Of a stretch of DNA of 64,000 bases, positions 49,218-59,858 are shown piece by piece. Within the stretch, counting starts at the first letter, position 1. Each line of letters opens with the position of its first letter. A model generated the notes under the pieces. The model was not told the DNA's origin. It ran no database searches and saw only the letters and a program-made list of their open reading frames with translations. The DNA is taken from assembly GCA_963817915.1 (NCBI GenBank), contig CAWFQL010000011.1, positions 160,001 through 224,000 on the forward strand, in the 5' to 3' direction. The stretch comes from an uncultured candidate division Zixibacteria bacterium (GTDB lineage: Bacteria > Zixibacteria > MSB-5A5 > UBA10806). The position numbers and the translations under genes are program-made.

Positions 49218-50010
49218 CAGACTTATAAAATCAAAAACGGAGATTTTGCAGGCAGTAGGCAAAAAAGAGCCCGAAAAAATATCGAGAGTTATTCCCAAAG
49301 AAAAGGTCAGATTTCTTGCGGACTCAGTTGCTACAGGGGCGATTCATTCGGGCAAAGGCGATAAAATAAATGCCTTGCGAAAAAAAACGGCAACGATTCC
49401 AGCTATCGTCTCTGCAGTTACTGGTTCTGGTTCGGATGAATCTACTGCGGCTCTTGAAGTCAGCAAAATCGTCGAGGATAGGCTCAAGGAATTCGAGGCG
49501 CGACACCAATATGAGAAAGAACAGGCCTCCAACGATGCCTACAATCGGGGGAAGCTTGCCGGTATGGCCGATGCAAGAAAAGACATCGAAAATATCGAGG
49601 CGATACTAACCAAAATGAACACCGATTTATCGCTCGAATGGCAAAAATTGATTGCCCAGGCCAACACGGTGTTGGCGAGGCTCGCCGTGGAAATTGCGGA
49701 AACAATCATCGGCGAAGCGGCCATGAAAGCATCCAATGAAATGCTCGAATACAATCTTAAAAGATGCCTCGATGTTTTGGGCGGCTCCGGTAAAGTCATT
49801 GTCAGAGTCAATCCGACCGACTTTCAATTCGCTCGCGATAATCTGAATATCGCGCGTGAAATGTCCAAGGATGGCTTTTCATTTGAATTCGAATCCGATC
49901 AATCTATCACTCCCGGCGGCTGCTTTTTGGAATCGCGAAATGGAGCCATCGATGCCAGAGTGGAAAAGCAATTCCAGGCCGTTAAAGATAATTTCCTTCA
50001 ATTAGCTTGA
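49210..50010 (+). CDS. fliH: Flagellar assembly protein FliH
   Basis: AxxxGxxxG repeats, VRVNPTD, ITPGGC..GAIDA; position between fliG and fliI. Confidence 0.85.
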   Translation: MFNRLIKSKTEILQAVGKKEPEKISRVIPKEKVRFLADSVATGAIHSGKGDKINALRKKTATIPAIVSAVTGSGSDESTAALEVSKIVEDRLKEFEARHQYEKEQASNDAYNRGKLAGMADARKDIENIEAILTKMNTDLSLEWQKLIAQANTVLARLAVEIAETIIGEAAMKASNEMLEYNLKRCLDVLGGSGKVIVRVNPTDFQFARDNLNIAREMSKDGFSFEFESDQSITPGGCFLESRNGAIDARVEKQFQAVKDNFLQLA

Positions 50011-50011
50011 T

Positions 50012-51334
50012 ATGGCATCATTAATAGAAGACGTAGAAAAAATCTCAAGGCATATCAGGAATATCAAGCCGATTCGACAGAGCGGAATTGTCGAATCAGT
50101 TGTCGGTTTGATAATTGAAGCCAATGGCCCGCCCGTGAGTGTGGGAGAGCATCTGGCTATCGAATGTCAGGACCAGAAAGAACGATATGTTACCGCTGAA
50201 GCGGTCGGCTTTAGAAATGGCCGCATATTGCTAATGCCATTGGGTGAAATGGCCGGTATCGCGCCGGGCGCCAAGGTCTGGGCTTATGGTCATCCATTGT
50301 CAGTGCCGGTTGGTAACGAATTACTCGGCAGGGTGCTCGACGCATTCGGGAACCCAATTGATAATCTTGGCCCGATCTATTCACAGGAGAAACGACCATT
50401 GAATTGCGAGCCTCCGCATCCATTGAGCCGCTCCAGAATTACTCAGCCGCTTATTACAGGTATCAAGGCGATCGATTGCTTTAATACCTGCGGCAAAGGC
50501 CAGAGGATGGGAATATTTTCCGGCTCGGGAGTAGGTAAGTCTACTTTGCTCGGTATGATCGCCCGTGATTCAAAGGCTGATATCAATGTTATAGGCTTGA
50601 TCGGTGAACGCGGTCGAGAAGTACGAGAATTTATCGAAAAAGACCTGGGGCCTGAAGGTCTAAAGCGATCAGTTATTGTGGCGGTCACCTCGGATAAGTC
50701 TCCGCTGCTCAGAGTCAAAGCGGCCATGGCGACTACTGCGATCGCCGAATATTTTAGAGATTTGGGCAAGGATGTTATTCTGATGATGGATTCGCTCACC
50801 AGAATTGGCATGGCTCAACGAGAAGTGGGTCTGGCCACCGGCGAGCCGCCAACTACAAAGGGATATACACCATCGGTATTTTCATTATTCCCCCGGCTTC
50901 TGGAACGGGCTGGATGCAGCGATAAGGGGAGTATTACGGGATTTTATACGGTATTGGTGGAGGGCGATGATATTCAAGATCCCATTGCTGATACTACCAG
51001 AGCCATTCTCGATGGCCACATTGTCTTGTCTCGCGATCTCGCCTCGAAAAATCATTATCCGGCGGTCGATATGCTGGGTTCAATTTCCCGTCTGATGATC
51101 GATATCACATCGAAAGAGCATATCGAGATGTCTGGGAGATCGCGCCGAATCCTGTCGGACTATAACCAGGCTGAGGATTTGATAAGCATTGGAGCCTATG
51201 TCAAGGGTTCGTCTCCCAAAATAGACTATGCGCTTGAGCATATTGGCCCGCTGAATAGCTTCCTTATGCAAGATATTAATGAGAAATCCGATTTCAATGC
51301 TTCATTGGAAAAACTTAAATCAATTCTGTCCTGA
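50012..51334 (+). CDS. fliI: Flagellar export ATPase FliI
   Basis: GSGVGKST, GERGREV, MDSLTR, LDGHIVLSR. Confidence 0.96.
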   Translation: MASLIEDVEKISRHIRNIKPIRQSGIVESVVGLIIEANGPPVSVGEHLAIECQDQKERYVTAEAVGFRNGRILLMPLGEMAGIAPGAKVWAYGHPLSVPVGNELLGRVLDAFGNPIDNLGPIYSQEKRPLNCEPPHPLSRSRITQPLITGIKAIDCFNTCGKGQRMGIFSGSGVGKSTLLGMIARDSKADINVIGLIGERGREVREFIEKDLGPEGLKRSVIVAVTSDKSPLLRVKAAMATTAIAEYFRDLGKDVILMMDSLTRIGMAQREVGLATGEPPTTKGYTPSVFSLFPRLLERAGCSDKGSITGFYTVLVEGDDIQDPIADTTRAILDGHIVLSRDLASKNHYPAVDMLGSISRLMIDITSKEHIEMSGRSRRILSDYNQAEDLISIGAYVKGSSPKIDYALEHIGPLNSFLMQDINEKSDFNASLEKLKSILS

Positions 51335-51342
51335 CATTTATT

Positions 51343-51807
51343 ATGAAACGGTTCACTTTCAGACTCGAACGGATACTGCGCTATAAGGTGCAAATCGAAG
51401 AGCAAAAAAGGCTGATATTAGCGTCACGCGTTGAAGAGCTAAAAGAAAATAAAGAAAAAATGCTCAGGATGACTCGCGAAAGAGAAGAATATTTTGTTCT
51501 ATATTCATCTTATTTTAATGGCATTATCGATATCAATAGACTCAAGATAGCAAGGCGATATCTGGATAAGCTTCATGTCGACCTTATAAATCAGGCAAAA
51601 AGAGTTATCGATTGCGAAAAAAAAGTCGAGAAAGCCAAATTGGAGCTGATAGAGGCCATGCGCGACCGCAAAAAATTCGAAAACTTAAGAGAACGAAAAC
51701 TGCAGGCATACGAAAAAGAAGCCAATAAAGAAGAACAAAAATATCTTGATGAATTTGCCGGTCAGTCCAGTACGAGAAATTCAGTATTTAACGACAATTC
51801 CCTCTAA
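51343..51807 (+). CDS. fliJ: Flagellar export chaperone FliJ
   Basis: MKRFTFRLERIL, coiled coil, EQKYLDE. Confidence 0.9.
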   Translation: MKRFTFRLERILRYKVQIEEQKRLILASRVEELKENKEKMLRMTREREEYFVLYSSYFNGIIDINRLKIARRYLDKLHVDLINQAKRVIDCEKKVEKAKLELIEAMRDRKKFENLRERKLQAYEKEANKEEQKYLDEFAGQSSTRNSVFNDNSL

Positions 51808-54259
51808 ATGGCGCCGCTCCGCCCTTAAAATAATTTACCAAATACACGACATCATTGCCATTAACCAGACAATCGCCATTGGCATCGGCGGCCAGATATG
51901 GATTGGGCGGCGAACCAATTCCTCTAAAAAAATTCACAAGATAAGTGACATCGAGGCCATTAACCGCTCCGCTTCCATTAGCGTCTCCTGGCAAGTAATC
52001 GCCGGCATACGACGTGTCAATGAATGTGATTGTTTCTGCGATTGAATTCCTCGTTTCGATATTTCCGGCAATATCATAATTTAATGCTTCAAAGCTGTAT
52101 CTATGATTATTTTGACCGCTATATTCGGCTACTGTATCAAGTGAATTATATATCCATCTTGACCAGGCGCCATTATCAATTTTTACCCACACATCGAATT
52201 TATTGGCCAGGCCCGATCCGCCATTATCGCCGCCTCTTGTCCACAAAACAGTAAATAGCATCGATGCCGAAGTGTCGGCGGAAGACGCTATGCATCCTGT
52301 TGGTCGAGTGGAATCGAAATTCAATATCACCTGGCTTCTGCTATTGTAATTGCTGTTGCCCGCGTTATCTATCAGCCATAGATATAATGGTACACCGCCC
52401 TGAATACTCATGGTCAACGTCTTTGGCGGATTTCCGATAAATGAACCGGTGGTATCATATATCCCTGTTGGTGGATTTGATAATTTATAAAGGGCCTTTT
52501 GAATTCCGCTTAAATCCACCGGGTTTGTCCAATTAATTGAAAACGCAGAATTATTGGTCCAGGCGCTGGGATTGGCGCCATTGCCGGTCAGATTTATGGG
52601 AGCTGCGGGAGAGGTGGCATCGATAATGACAGTCCATACCGCAGACCACGGTGACCATGCGCTGCCATTGCCTGCCCTGACTCGCCAATAATATAATGCC
52701 TCCGGTAAGTTCGAAGACGGCGTGAACTGCGATACGGCTAAATTGCTGACATCATAAATTGGAGATGAAAAATCGGAATTATTATCAATTTGTAAATGAT
52801 ATACATTTGCCCCCGATGAGTTTGCAAAGTCAAACAGAGGCCTTAAGTTATTGGTCGCCGAGCCTGTATTGGGCGAGATAAGCAATGGCGCGGATGGGGC
52901 ATTGGAGACAGCCAAATCCGCGGTCATGATGTTACCTGAATTCGATATATTCATAATCGAAACGAGAGTAGGGGAGCTGTTGTAACTATTGGAATTTGGA
53001 GTGCTGGCAGCATTGAATGTCCTATGCGTCGTCGACCCTGGATACGGATCTCCCGCGTCGCCCGAATTACTGTTTTGCTCCAAATTCCAGGCGCCATCGG
53101 CTTGCTCCAAGGCAACCATATAATGGCCATTCGAAGTATATCCCGGGTACCACTGATTATTATTCCCTGTCGATACAGTGTCATCAACATGGTAAATCAA
53201 AAGGCCGGACGATGGCAGATATGAATCAAATCCCGTCTGCTGACGGTTTTCGGCCAGAAAATATTCAGTGCTCGATTGACCATTAGTCCATAGTCTATAG
53301 ACCAGCCCGGTATCTTCTACCGCTGGAATTGAGGCTGATATTAAATTGGATGTGACATTCACCGCGGTCGCGAATCCAAGAAATACTCTGCCGTAAGCAT
53401 CAAACTGCGCCGGTGAATCGCCGGAGTAACCATTCCAACTGCCGAATGCCATCAATGACCAACTTCCAAGGCCTCTGGAATCATAGCCATAATCGTAAAA
53501 ATCGGGCAAACCGAACACATGTCCTAATTCATGGCAATAGACACCGCAGGTCATATCACCGGGATTGGACCAGAATTCAGGTTCCATCGAATAGCTTCGA
53601 ACCATTACGCCATCCACATTGGGCCAGAACATGCATTCCCACGCGTGTGACCAGATATCGTCGACACTGCCTGTCCATTCCGCGCCCTGGCCCGAATGAA
53701 TTATATAAAGGGCATCTACAACCCCATCGCCATCGTTATCATATTGGGAAAAATCAATATATGGATCGGCTGCCGCCACTGCATCCTCAGCCAGTTTCTG
53801 GGCATTGTTAGGATAATTTCCAAATCCATAATTGCCGTCGACATAATAGCCGTAATTTTGCGGCATTGTTCTCCATCCCGTGCTCGACGGCAAATTTACC
53901 GTAATAATATCCAGCCGCCCGTACGAGACTTCACTATAAAAATCTTTAACCGTATTTCCATTAGTTCCATATATGAGATTATCAAAATAGCTCGGGGTTA
54001 CCTGGCTGTTTTGGTCGCTGAATTTTACCAGTATGGCAATTGCCTTGAATGAGCCGGTTGGATTATCCAGCGCCGCCAAACGGCGGGGAAGACCCTGGTT
54101 AATATTTCTCGTCTTAAAATAATTCGGGTCAGACATAAAGGCAGGCTCAGGTATACTTTCGGCCTTGATCATATCCAGGACCCTTTTATTGGGAGGCATT
54201 CCTTTAATAGAAGATGTAAGCCCTACAATCAGCAGACAAAACAATATAAAACGTTTCAT
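51788..54259 (-). CDS. Secreted M6-family (immune inhibitor A-like) metalloprotease with FN3/Ig domains and C-terminal dockerin
   Basis: Signal peptide, DFYSEVSYG, CHELGHVFGLPD, WSLMAFGSW, EYFLAENR; duplicated GDANG.../ADANG... dockerin repeats. Confidence 0.9.
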   Translation of the reverse strand: MKRFILFCLLIVGLTSSIKGMPPNKRVLDMIKAESIPEPAFMSDPNYFKTRNINQGLPRRLAALDNPTGSFKAIAILVKFSDQNSQVTPSYFDNLIYGTNGNTVKDFYSEVSYGRLDIITVNLPSSTGWRTMPQNYGYYVDGNYGFGNYPNNAQKLAEDAVAAADPYIDFSQYDNDGDGVVDALYIIHSGQGAEWTGSVDDIWSHAWECMFWPNVDGVMVRSYSMEPEFWSNPGDMTCGVYCHELGHVFGLPDFYDYGYDSRGLGSWSLMAFGSWNGYSGDSPAQFDAYGRVFLGFATAVNVTSNLISASIPAVEDTGLVYRLWTNGQSSTEYFLAENRQQTGFDSYLPSSGLLIYHVDDTVSTGNNNQWYPGYTSNGHYMVALEQADGAWNLEQNSNSGDAGDPYPGSTTHRTFNAASTPNSNSYNSSPTLVSIMNISNSGNIMTADLAVSNAPSAPLLISPNTGSATNNLRPLFDFANSSGANVYHLQIDNNSDFSSPIYDVSNLAVSQFTPSSNLPEALYYWRVRAGNGSAWSPWSAVWTVIIDATSPAAPINLTGNGANPSAWTNNSAFSINWTNPVDLSGIQKALYKLSNPPTGIYDTTGSFIGNPPKTLTMSIQGGVPLYLWLIDNAGNSNYNSRSQVILNFDSTRPTGCIASSADTSASMLFTVLWTRGGDNGGSGLANKFDVWVKIDNGAWSRWIYNSLDTVAEYSGQNNHRYSFEALNYDIAGNIETRNSIAETITFIDTSYAGDYLPGDANGSGAVNGLDVTYLVNFFRGIGSPPNPYLAADANGDCLVNGNDVVYLVNYFKGGAAPFRGNCR

Positions 54260-54373
54260 GCTTCTCTCCTCGAGTTTAACGGGGCAATATCGAAGAAATT
54301 GACTGCGGCTATTTTTGAAACCGCCTAATGTAATTTAAGATAAAATAGAAATAGGTCAAGTCGATTCCCCAAT

Positions 54374-54404
54374 AAAAAAGCCCCCCATGATTACAGGGGG
54401 GCTT
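54374..54404 (-). terminator. Terminator of the S8 protease gene
   Basis: AAGCCCCCC-N9-GGGGGGCTT with a 5' A-run (U-tract on the minus strand). Confidence 0.8.
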
Positions 54405-54425
54405 GTTCTTGAAATTCTAAAAAGA

Positions 54426-57400
54426 CTATTTTCCTAAACCACTTGGTTTGGCGTCATCGTTGTTGAGAATTGAAAGTCCCGTCGGCGGGCAATCCGGACA
54501 GAATGCCAGGGCAGCGCCGCCCTTAAAGAAATTGACCATATAAGTCACATCAAGACCATTCACTGTGCAGCTGGCATTGACATCGCAAGCCGCGTAAATC
54601 GTTCCGTTAGGCGGGCAATCGCACGAATTGATCGGTGCGTCTCCGCCTTTAAAGTAATTTACCAGGTATGTGACATCCAGACCGTTAGTGCTTCCGCTTC
54701 CATTGACATCACCGCCGACATACACACAACTTCCGCCTTGCTCTCTGACTACTAAATTTACCGGCAGTGTAATCAACTGCTGTGTGGGATCGTCGGAATT
54801 AACGTTGATCTGGCCTGTATAGGCCCCGGGTGTTAATGTTGTAGCGTCAAATGTGATAGCTGATGTATCCGATGAGGCTATAATTACTACTCCGGTATCT
54901 GGGAGTTCAGTTAGCCATGTTCTGTTGTCATGGATTCCAAAATGAAGTGTCGCTGTGCCCGAATTCGAAATTATCAGATTGGCTGAGTGCGTAAAGCCGG
55001 TCACTACCGTATCCGTAAATGATGCCGCGGATAAATTGATATGAGCAGCACCCAGCGAATTTACGGTTAAAGTCACAGGGACGTGCAGCAGCGGCTGGCC
55101 GGGATCGTTGGAAGTTATATCTATTCTTCCAGTATGCACTCCGGGAGCCAATGTGGCCGCGTTTAACGTAACGTGCCCGATAATAGTATCGTTGGCGGCG
55201 ATAGTGTCTGCCGCCGGGCTTATAAACAGCCAGGTATTCTGAATCACCGGAATATCACTATCGCCGGAGGAATTTGTCTGACCGGCAGCCTTTGAGTTAT
55301 TTGACTTTCCTGCTTTTGCGGGTGCAGGAATACCACCAATGTTCGAGCTCAGGGTAAGCTCTACAGCGCTGAAATTCACTATCAACGGCATCGTGCCGAC
55401 ATTTCTAACTATCAAATTCTCGGTAGATTGCGATCCTTCCTGCAATGTTTTCGTAATGCTTGCGGTTCCCAATTCGATTTGAGGCACCTGAGCGGAATTT
55501 ACATTGAATGTCACCGGAATATTAATACTCGGGGAAACCGGATCATTGGAGAGAAGATTGATTGATCCTGTATAAGTGCCCGCTACGAGGTCGGAAGCGT
55601 CAAACGAAATATCAGATACCGCATTTCCTCCAGGCTGAACTGTACCGGATACCGGCAATGCTGATAACCATTCTCCGGCGGTAATTTTAATGCTCAAATT
55701 GCTATGCATATAAGCGGCGTTGTAAACTACCTGTAGCCCATCTGTTCCAGTTGAATTTTCAATTCCGATTGTCGCGCTGGTCAGGCTAGCATTTCCTGGA
55801 GTCATGGTACCGTAATTCATCTCAATCTTGCCACTTGGATAAAGCACGGCCTGGAATGTCAATGAGCCAGTGCCGCCCCAATAATAGTAAAATGGAACAC
55901 CAACGAAACTGACGATATACCTCTGATTGGAACTATCGAAATATCTATATATCATTCCGCCCGAACCGGGATTAAGATCATCCCAGAACATGGGAATGAT
56001 ATCATTTGGTATGGCGTTGTTCGGCAGGTTGCTATTGCTGATTGAGCTCGTCCCCGCCCCGAATGATATTATGCCATTAGAGCTAATGTATAGCTGAGTG
56101 TATGTATTGTTATAGAAGGTAAAATTGAATCCAATATCGAATGGTCCCGCGTAAGAATCATCGGTTAAACTAACCGCGGTTCCAGGACCTGTAATATCGA
56201 TCCAGCTTACTGTCGGTCCATTAGGCTCACCCGAATCGATCCACTTATGCCCGAATGTGTCCGGGCCGCCTTGACCCTGTATAATGGGCGGATAGAGCGG
56301 TTCAGTTATTGAACCGGGTTTATTGCCTTTTGATTTCTGATATCCAATTGGACTTGGCAAAGTGGGCGAGATGTTGATTGGTATCTCACGTCCGCTATTT
56401 AGGAGAAGTCGGTTATTCGTGACTGTGTTTATGGCATAGCTCAGGATTCCGGGGCCGCCATTGGAAATAGTCAGATTGCGATGCTCTATTGCGCCCGGCG
56501 CACCCGTGACATTGAAGTTCTGAGGGCTAAACGAGATACTCGGAGGTATCGGAGGCACGGAGCCAATCACCACAACATCGTCTAGATACCATCCGTAATC
56601 TACTACCGAACCATCTGAGGCGAATCTCCAGCGGAATTTTACAGTGCTGCCGTTATAGCTCGAAATATTGTATCCTGCCAACACCCATCCGCCGGAACCT
56701 CCGGTATATCCGGCTTCCCCCAAAGCTGAAACATTGCTGTTGGGATATCCACCATCCGGGGTAAGCAGAGTCCATGTCGTGCCGTTGTTAGTGGAAATTG
56801 AGACATTACCGCCGTCCCATGTGTTTTCCATCGAATACCAATGATAAAATTCCAGCCTTGCGTTCGGATCGTTCAATGAATATTCGTGGCTTATCAAGGT
56901 ACCTTCGGCATTATTCGCATATTGCCCGCCAATAACGGTTCCCCAGCATTTTGTGCCGGAATACGCTGAAGGTGATCCGCCTGAAGGGACACCCCATTCC
57001 CAAACCCCCGAACCGGTATAATTTCCATTCGATGATTCGAATGTTTCTGCCGGAATAAGCTGAAAGTCCAACGTATTAGTTGCGCCGTTAATCACAAGAA
57101 TTGGCAATGTCGCCTGGCTATGGCCATCCGCCCTCGCGGTGACATTATATGTTGTCCCCGAAGGCACAGCGGCAAAATGATAAAATCCATTTGAATCGGT
57201 GGTATCGGGAGGAAGCGGTGTAGAATTGATTGTGACAATCGCTCCGGGCAATGGATCGCCCGAAGAATTCATAACCGTACCCTGCAGAACCGCGCTGGGA
57301 GCGGGGGAGAGGCTGAAACTATGCGAAACGGTATCATTAGGAGTGATATAAGTTGAAAAATCCTGCGGCAAAAAACCGAAGTATGATGCCCTGAAAACAT

Positions 57401-58991
57401 AAGTAGTTTCTGCCGGGGCGGAGAGTAAATAATATCCTGACGCATTCGCGTTGACAGAGATATGACCGTTTAGTATTTCAACCTTGCCTGGTAATGGATT
57501 ATTATTCGTCGAGTTCCTTATATATCCGTCAATGCTGCCGAAACCGGTTTGAGCCAACTGGACCGCTGTCAAAAGATTAATGACACCTTTTCCATAAGTA
57601 TTATCTTCCCCGATATCCCCCAAATCGGTAGCGGACTGAAGCAATATATCTTTTATCGCGTCGACATCGAGATTCGGATTGACCTGACGCAATATAGCGA
57701 TTGATCCTGTCACATGCGGCGATGCCATCGATGTGCCGCTCATTGTAGTATAGCCGCCGCCGGGGTATGAAGATCTTACATTCACTCCCGGAGCTACCAC
57801 TTCCGGTTTGATTACCGATTGTCCGCCGGGACCGCAATCGGTCGGACCTCTTGACGAAAAATCAGCTATGGGAAGGCTGGGATTGGAACCATCAACCGCG
57901 CCGACCGAAAAACAATTATATGGTGTTGTGCCTCTATCGGCGGGTCTTCTCAATGAATTTGGCGATGGCCCTTCATTACCGGCTGAGAAAATAACAGCCG
58001 ATCCGGCCGCTTCGCAATTATCTATGTATGTCCAGAATGTTTGATCGCAATTAGGATAGCCATGACCGGTTGTGACTCCCCACGAATTTCCTATAGCATC
58101 CGGGTTGTCTTGAGTGAGAGGATTGCCATCAGGATCAACTGCCCACTGAAATGATAGTATGGCATCGGATACTGTTCGCGGAATTGTTCCCGATCTGTCG
58201 ATTGCTCCCGCCGCAATCCATTTGGCATCTATCGCGACACCGATTGTATCACCGCTTGTAGTGCGGCCGCAGATTGTGCCCATTGTATGAGTTCCATGGC
58301 CGCCGTCATCGGTAGGGGTGGGGTAATGAGTGTCGTATGGGTCGAACCAGCTTTCGTTCACATTACCGTCGCCATTGACATCGCCGCGGAATCTCGCGGA
58401 TAGCGCCGGGTGGGTTCCTTCAACACCCGTATCGATATTCATTACAACTCTACCAAGGCCAGTCCATCCCTGCGCCCAGACCGCGGGAGCGTTGATGCGG
58501 GTCAGGCCTTCTTCATGCCCGGCTATCATTTGCTCCGATTCATGATTGGAGACAGGAATGATATTTTCTATAGGATAATCAAGGTAGATTGCATCGAGAT
58601 CCTCGCGGGCGGCCAATGCTTCATATCCTGCCTTGTTTGCCTCAACTATGAATGAATTAGTGATCCAAAGTAATTTATAACTTTTGATTTTGCCTTGTGA
58701 CTTTAGGCTTTCCAATACTGAAGCCATCTCCGGTTGGGTTTGAGAAGCGGCGTCCTGCAACGCCAAAATTACTCTGCGATTTCTTTCCGCCAAAGTTGCA
58801 TGTTCTGCTTTTAATTGCTGGCTTAGGGTTGGGATGTCAGCCTGATACTTGAAATAAACCAGACCGCTAACTGTTTCGCCCGCAGATAAATTGTCTAATT
58901 CGTTAGCCAAATTAGCGTCAATTTCCGCGGCATTGACCACTGCTGAGACCATGATGATGGTTAGGGCCAAAATTAATAGACGTTTGTACAT
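54426..58991 (-). CDS. Secreted S8 subtilase (bacillopeptidase F-like) with carboxypeptidase-regulatory-like/Ig domains and C-terminal dockerin
   Basis: Signal peptide, IDTG, HGTHTMG, SAGNEG, GTSMASP; C-terminal GDVNGSG..NGLDVTYLVNYFKGG / DVNASC..NGLDVTYMVNFFKGG. Confidence 0.92.
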   Translation of the reverse strand: MYKRLLILALTIIMVSAVVNAAEIDANLANELDNLSAGETVSGLVYFKYQADIPTLSQQLKAEHATLAERNRRVILALQDAASQTQPEMASVLESLKSQGKIKSYKLLWITNSFIVEANKAGYEALAAREDLDAIYLDYPIENIIPVSNHESEQMIAGHEEGLTRINAPAVWAQGWTGLGRVVMNIDTGVEGTHPALSARFRGDVNGDGNVNESWFDPYDTHYPTPTDDGGHGTHTMGTICGRTTSGDTIGVAIDAKWIAAGAIDRSGTIPRTVSDAILSFQWAVDPDGNPLTQDNPDAIGNSWGVTTGHGYPNCDQTFWTYIDNCEAAGSAVIFSAGNEGPSPNSLRRPADRGTTPYNCFSVGAVDGSNPSLPIADFSSRGPTDCGPGGQSVIKPEVVAPGVNVRSSYPGGGYTTMSGTSMASPHVTGSIAILRQVNPNLDVDAIKDILLQSATDLGDIGEDNTYGKGVINLLTAVQLAQTGFGSIDGYIRNSTNNNPLPGKVEILNGHISVNANASGYYLLSAPAETTYVFRASYFGFLPQDFSTYITPNDTVSHSFSLSPAPSAVLQGTVMNSSGDPLPGAIVTINSTPLPPDTTDSNGFYHFAAVPSGTTYNVTARADGHSQATLPILVINGATNTLDFQLIPAETFESSNGNYTGSGVWEWGVPSGGSPSAYSGTKCWGTVIGGQYANNAEGTLISHEYSLNDPNARLEFYHWYSMENTWDGGNVSISTNNGTTWTLLTPDGGYPNSNVSALGEAGYTGGSGGWVLAGYNISSYNGSTVKFRWRFASDGSVVDYGWYLDDVVVIGSVPPIPPSISFSPQNFNVTGAPGAIEHRNLTISNGGPGILSYAINTVTNNRLLLNSGREIPINISPTLPSPIGYQKSKGNKPGSITEPLYPPIIQGQGGPDTFGHKWIDSGEPNGPTVSWIDITGPGTAVSLTDDSYAGPFDIGFNFTFYNNTYTQLYISSNGIISFGAGTSSISNSNLPNNAIPNDIIPMFWDDLNPGSGGMIYRYFDSSNQRYIVSFVGVPFYYYWGGTGSLTFQAVLYPSGKIEMNYGTMTPGNASLTSATIGIENSTGTDGLQVVYNAAYMHSNLSIKITAGEWLSALPVSGTVQPGGNAVSDISFDASDLVAGTYTGSINLLSNDPVSPSINIPVTFNVNSAQVPQIELGTASITKTLQEGSQSTENLIVRNVGTMPLIVNFSAVELTLSSNIGGIPAPAKAGKSNNSKAAGQTNSSGDSDIPVIQNTWLFISPAADTIAANDTIIGHVTLNAATLAPGVHTGRIDITSNDPGQPLLHVPVTLTVNSLGAAHINLSAASFTDTVVTGFTHSANLIISNSGTATLHFGIHDNRTWLTELPDTGVVIIASSDTSAITFDATTLTPGAYTGQINVNSDDPTQQLITLPVNLVVREQGGSCVYVGGDVNGSGSTNGLDVTYLVNYFKGGDAPINSCDCPPNGTIYAACDVNASCTVNGLDVTYMVNFFKGGAALAFCPDCPPTGLSILNNDDAKPSGLGK

Positions 58992-59264
58992 AACTCTCCT
59001 GGGTTTAAGAGTTTATTAAATTTATTTTATTAGAAGATTTTAAGTCCCATTCACCAAAGCGGTTTAACACGCCATAGAAGCTTACCAAAGCAAATTATAC
59101 AATGTTATTTATTAAAATCAACCATTAATATCGGAAATATCTTCCGGGAGCCCAGAAGATTTTGCCGAAGTTTCCAAAAGAGAGCAGAGTCCAAAATTTC
59201 GAATTCAAAATATAACCCGTTAACAATCAAGCCATTGAAACATTTTTTCGCGGAAATAAAATTA

Positions 59265-59279
59265 AGGCATGGCTCTTGC
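59265..59279 (+). promoter_or_regulatory. sigma54 promoter of the motE-fliK-flgD-flgE operon
   Basis: AGGCATGGCTCTTGC, 21 bp before ATG 59301. Confidence 0.75.
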
Positions 59280-59300
59280 TTAATACGGCTGGGGAATACT

Positions 59301-59858
59301 ATGAACTTTTTGAAGAAAATACTAATGTTAGCGGTACTGAGCGTCATCAGCTTCGTTTTGTACATATTCGTTATTGGGCTCGCAATGGGCATTCATCCGG
59401 GTCAGGCGATATCAGCAATCATTAATCCTGTCCAGCCTGATAGCCTTTCACAATTATCTGACTCCACCAAATCCGCCGCCGATAGCACTTTGGATTCAAC
59501 CGCCATCACTCCGGATTCTACGGCCAAAGTGATTATTTCGACATTAGATGATTCATTGACCCAATTGCTTTCGAGCATCAAAAGTCAGCAAACCGAAATA
59601 AGTAAAATGAAATCCGAGGCATTAAAGCGCTCGGAGGCTGATAAAACTGAAGAAGAAAATAGATTATATACACTGGCCAAAATGTATGAGGGGATTGATC
59701 CAGTCCAATTGGCCGATGTCTTCTCCAAAATGGATGATTCTTTGGTCATCCGAATTTTGCCAAAGATGAAGAGTGCGAAGGCCGGAAAAATCATCGAATC
59801 AATGCCTGCGGACAGGGCCGCCGCAATTTCAAGTAGATTGTTAGGAAAGAGCAACTAA
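59301..59858 (+). CDS. MotE/YlxF-like (MgtE_N-like) flagellar protein
   Basis: N-terminal TM, LAKMYEGIDP...ILPKMKSAKAGKIIESMPADRAA; usual position between fliJ and fliK. Confidence 0.8.
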   Translation: MNFLKKILMLAVLSVISFVLYIFVIGLAMGIHPGQAISAIINPVQPDSLSQLSDSTKSAADSTLDSTAITPDSTAKVIISTLDDSLTQLLSSIKSQQTEISKMKSEALKRSEADKTEEENRLYTLAKMYEGIDPVQLADVFSKMDDSLVIRILPKMKSAKAGKIIESMPADRAAAISSRLLGKSN

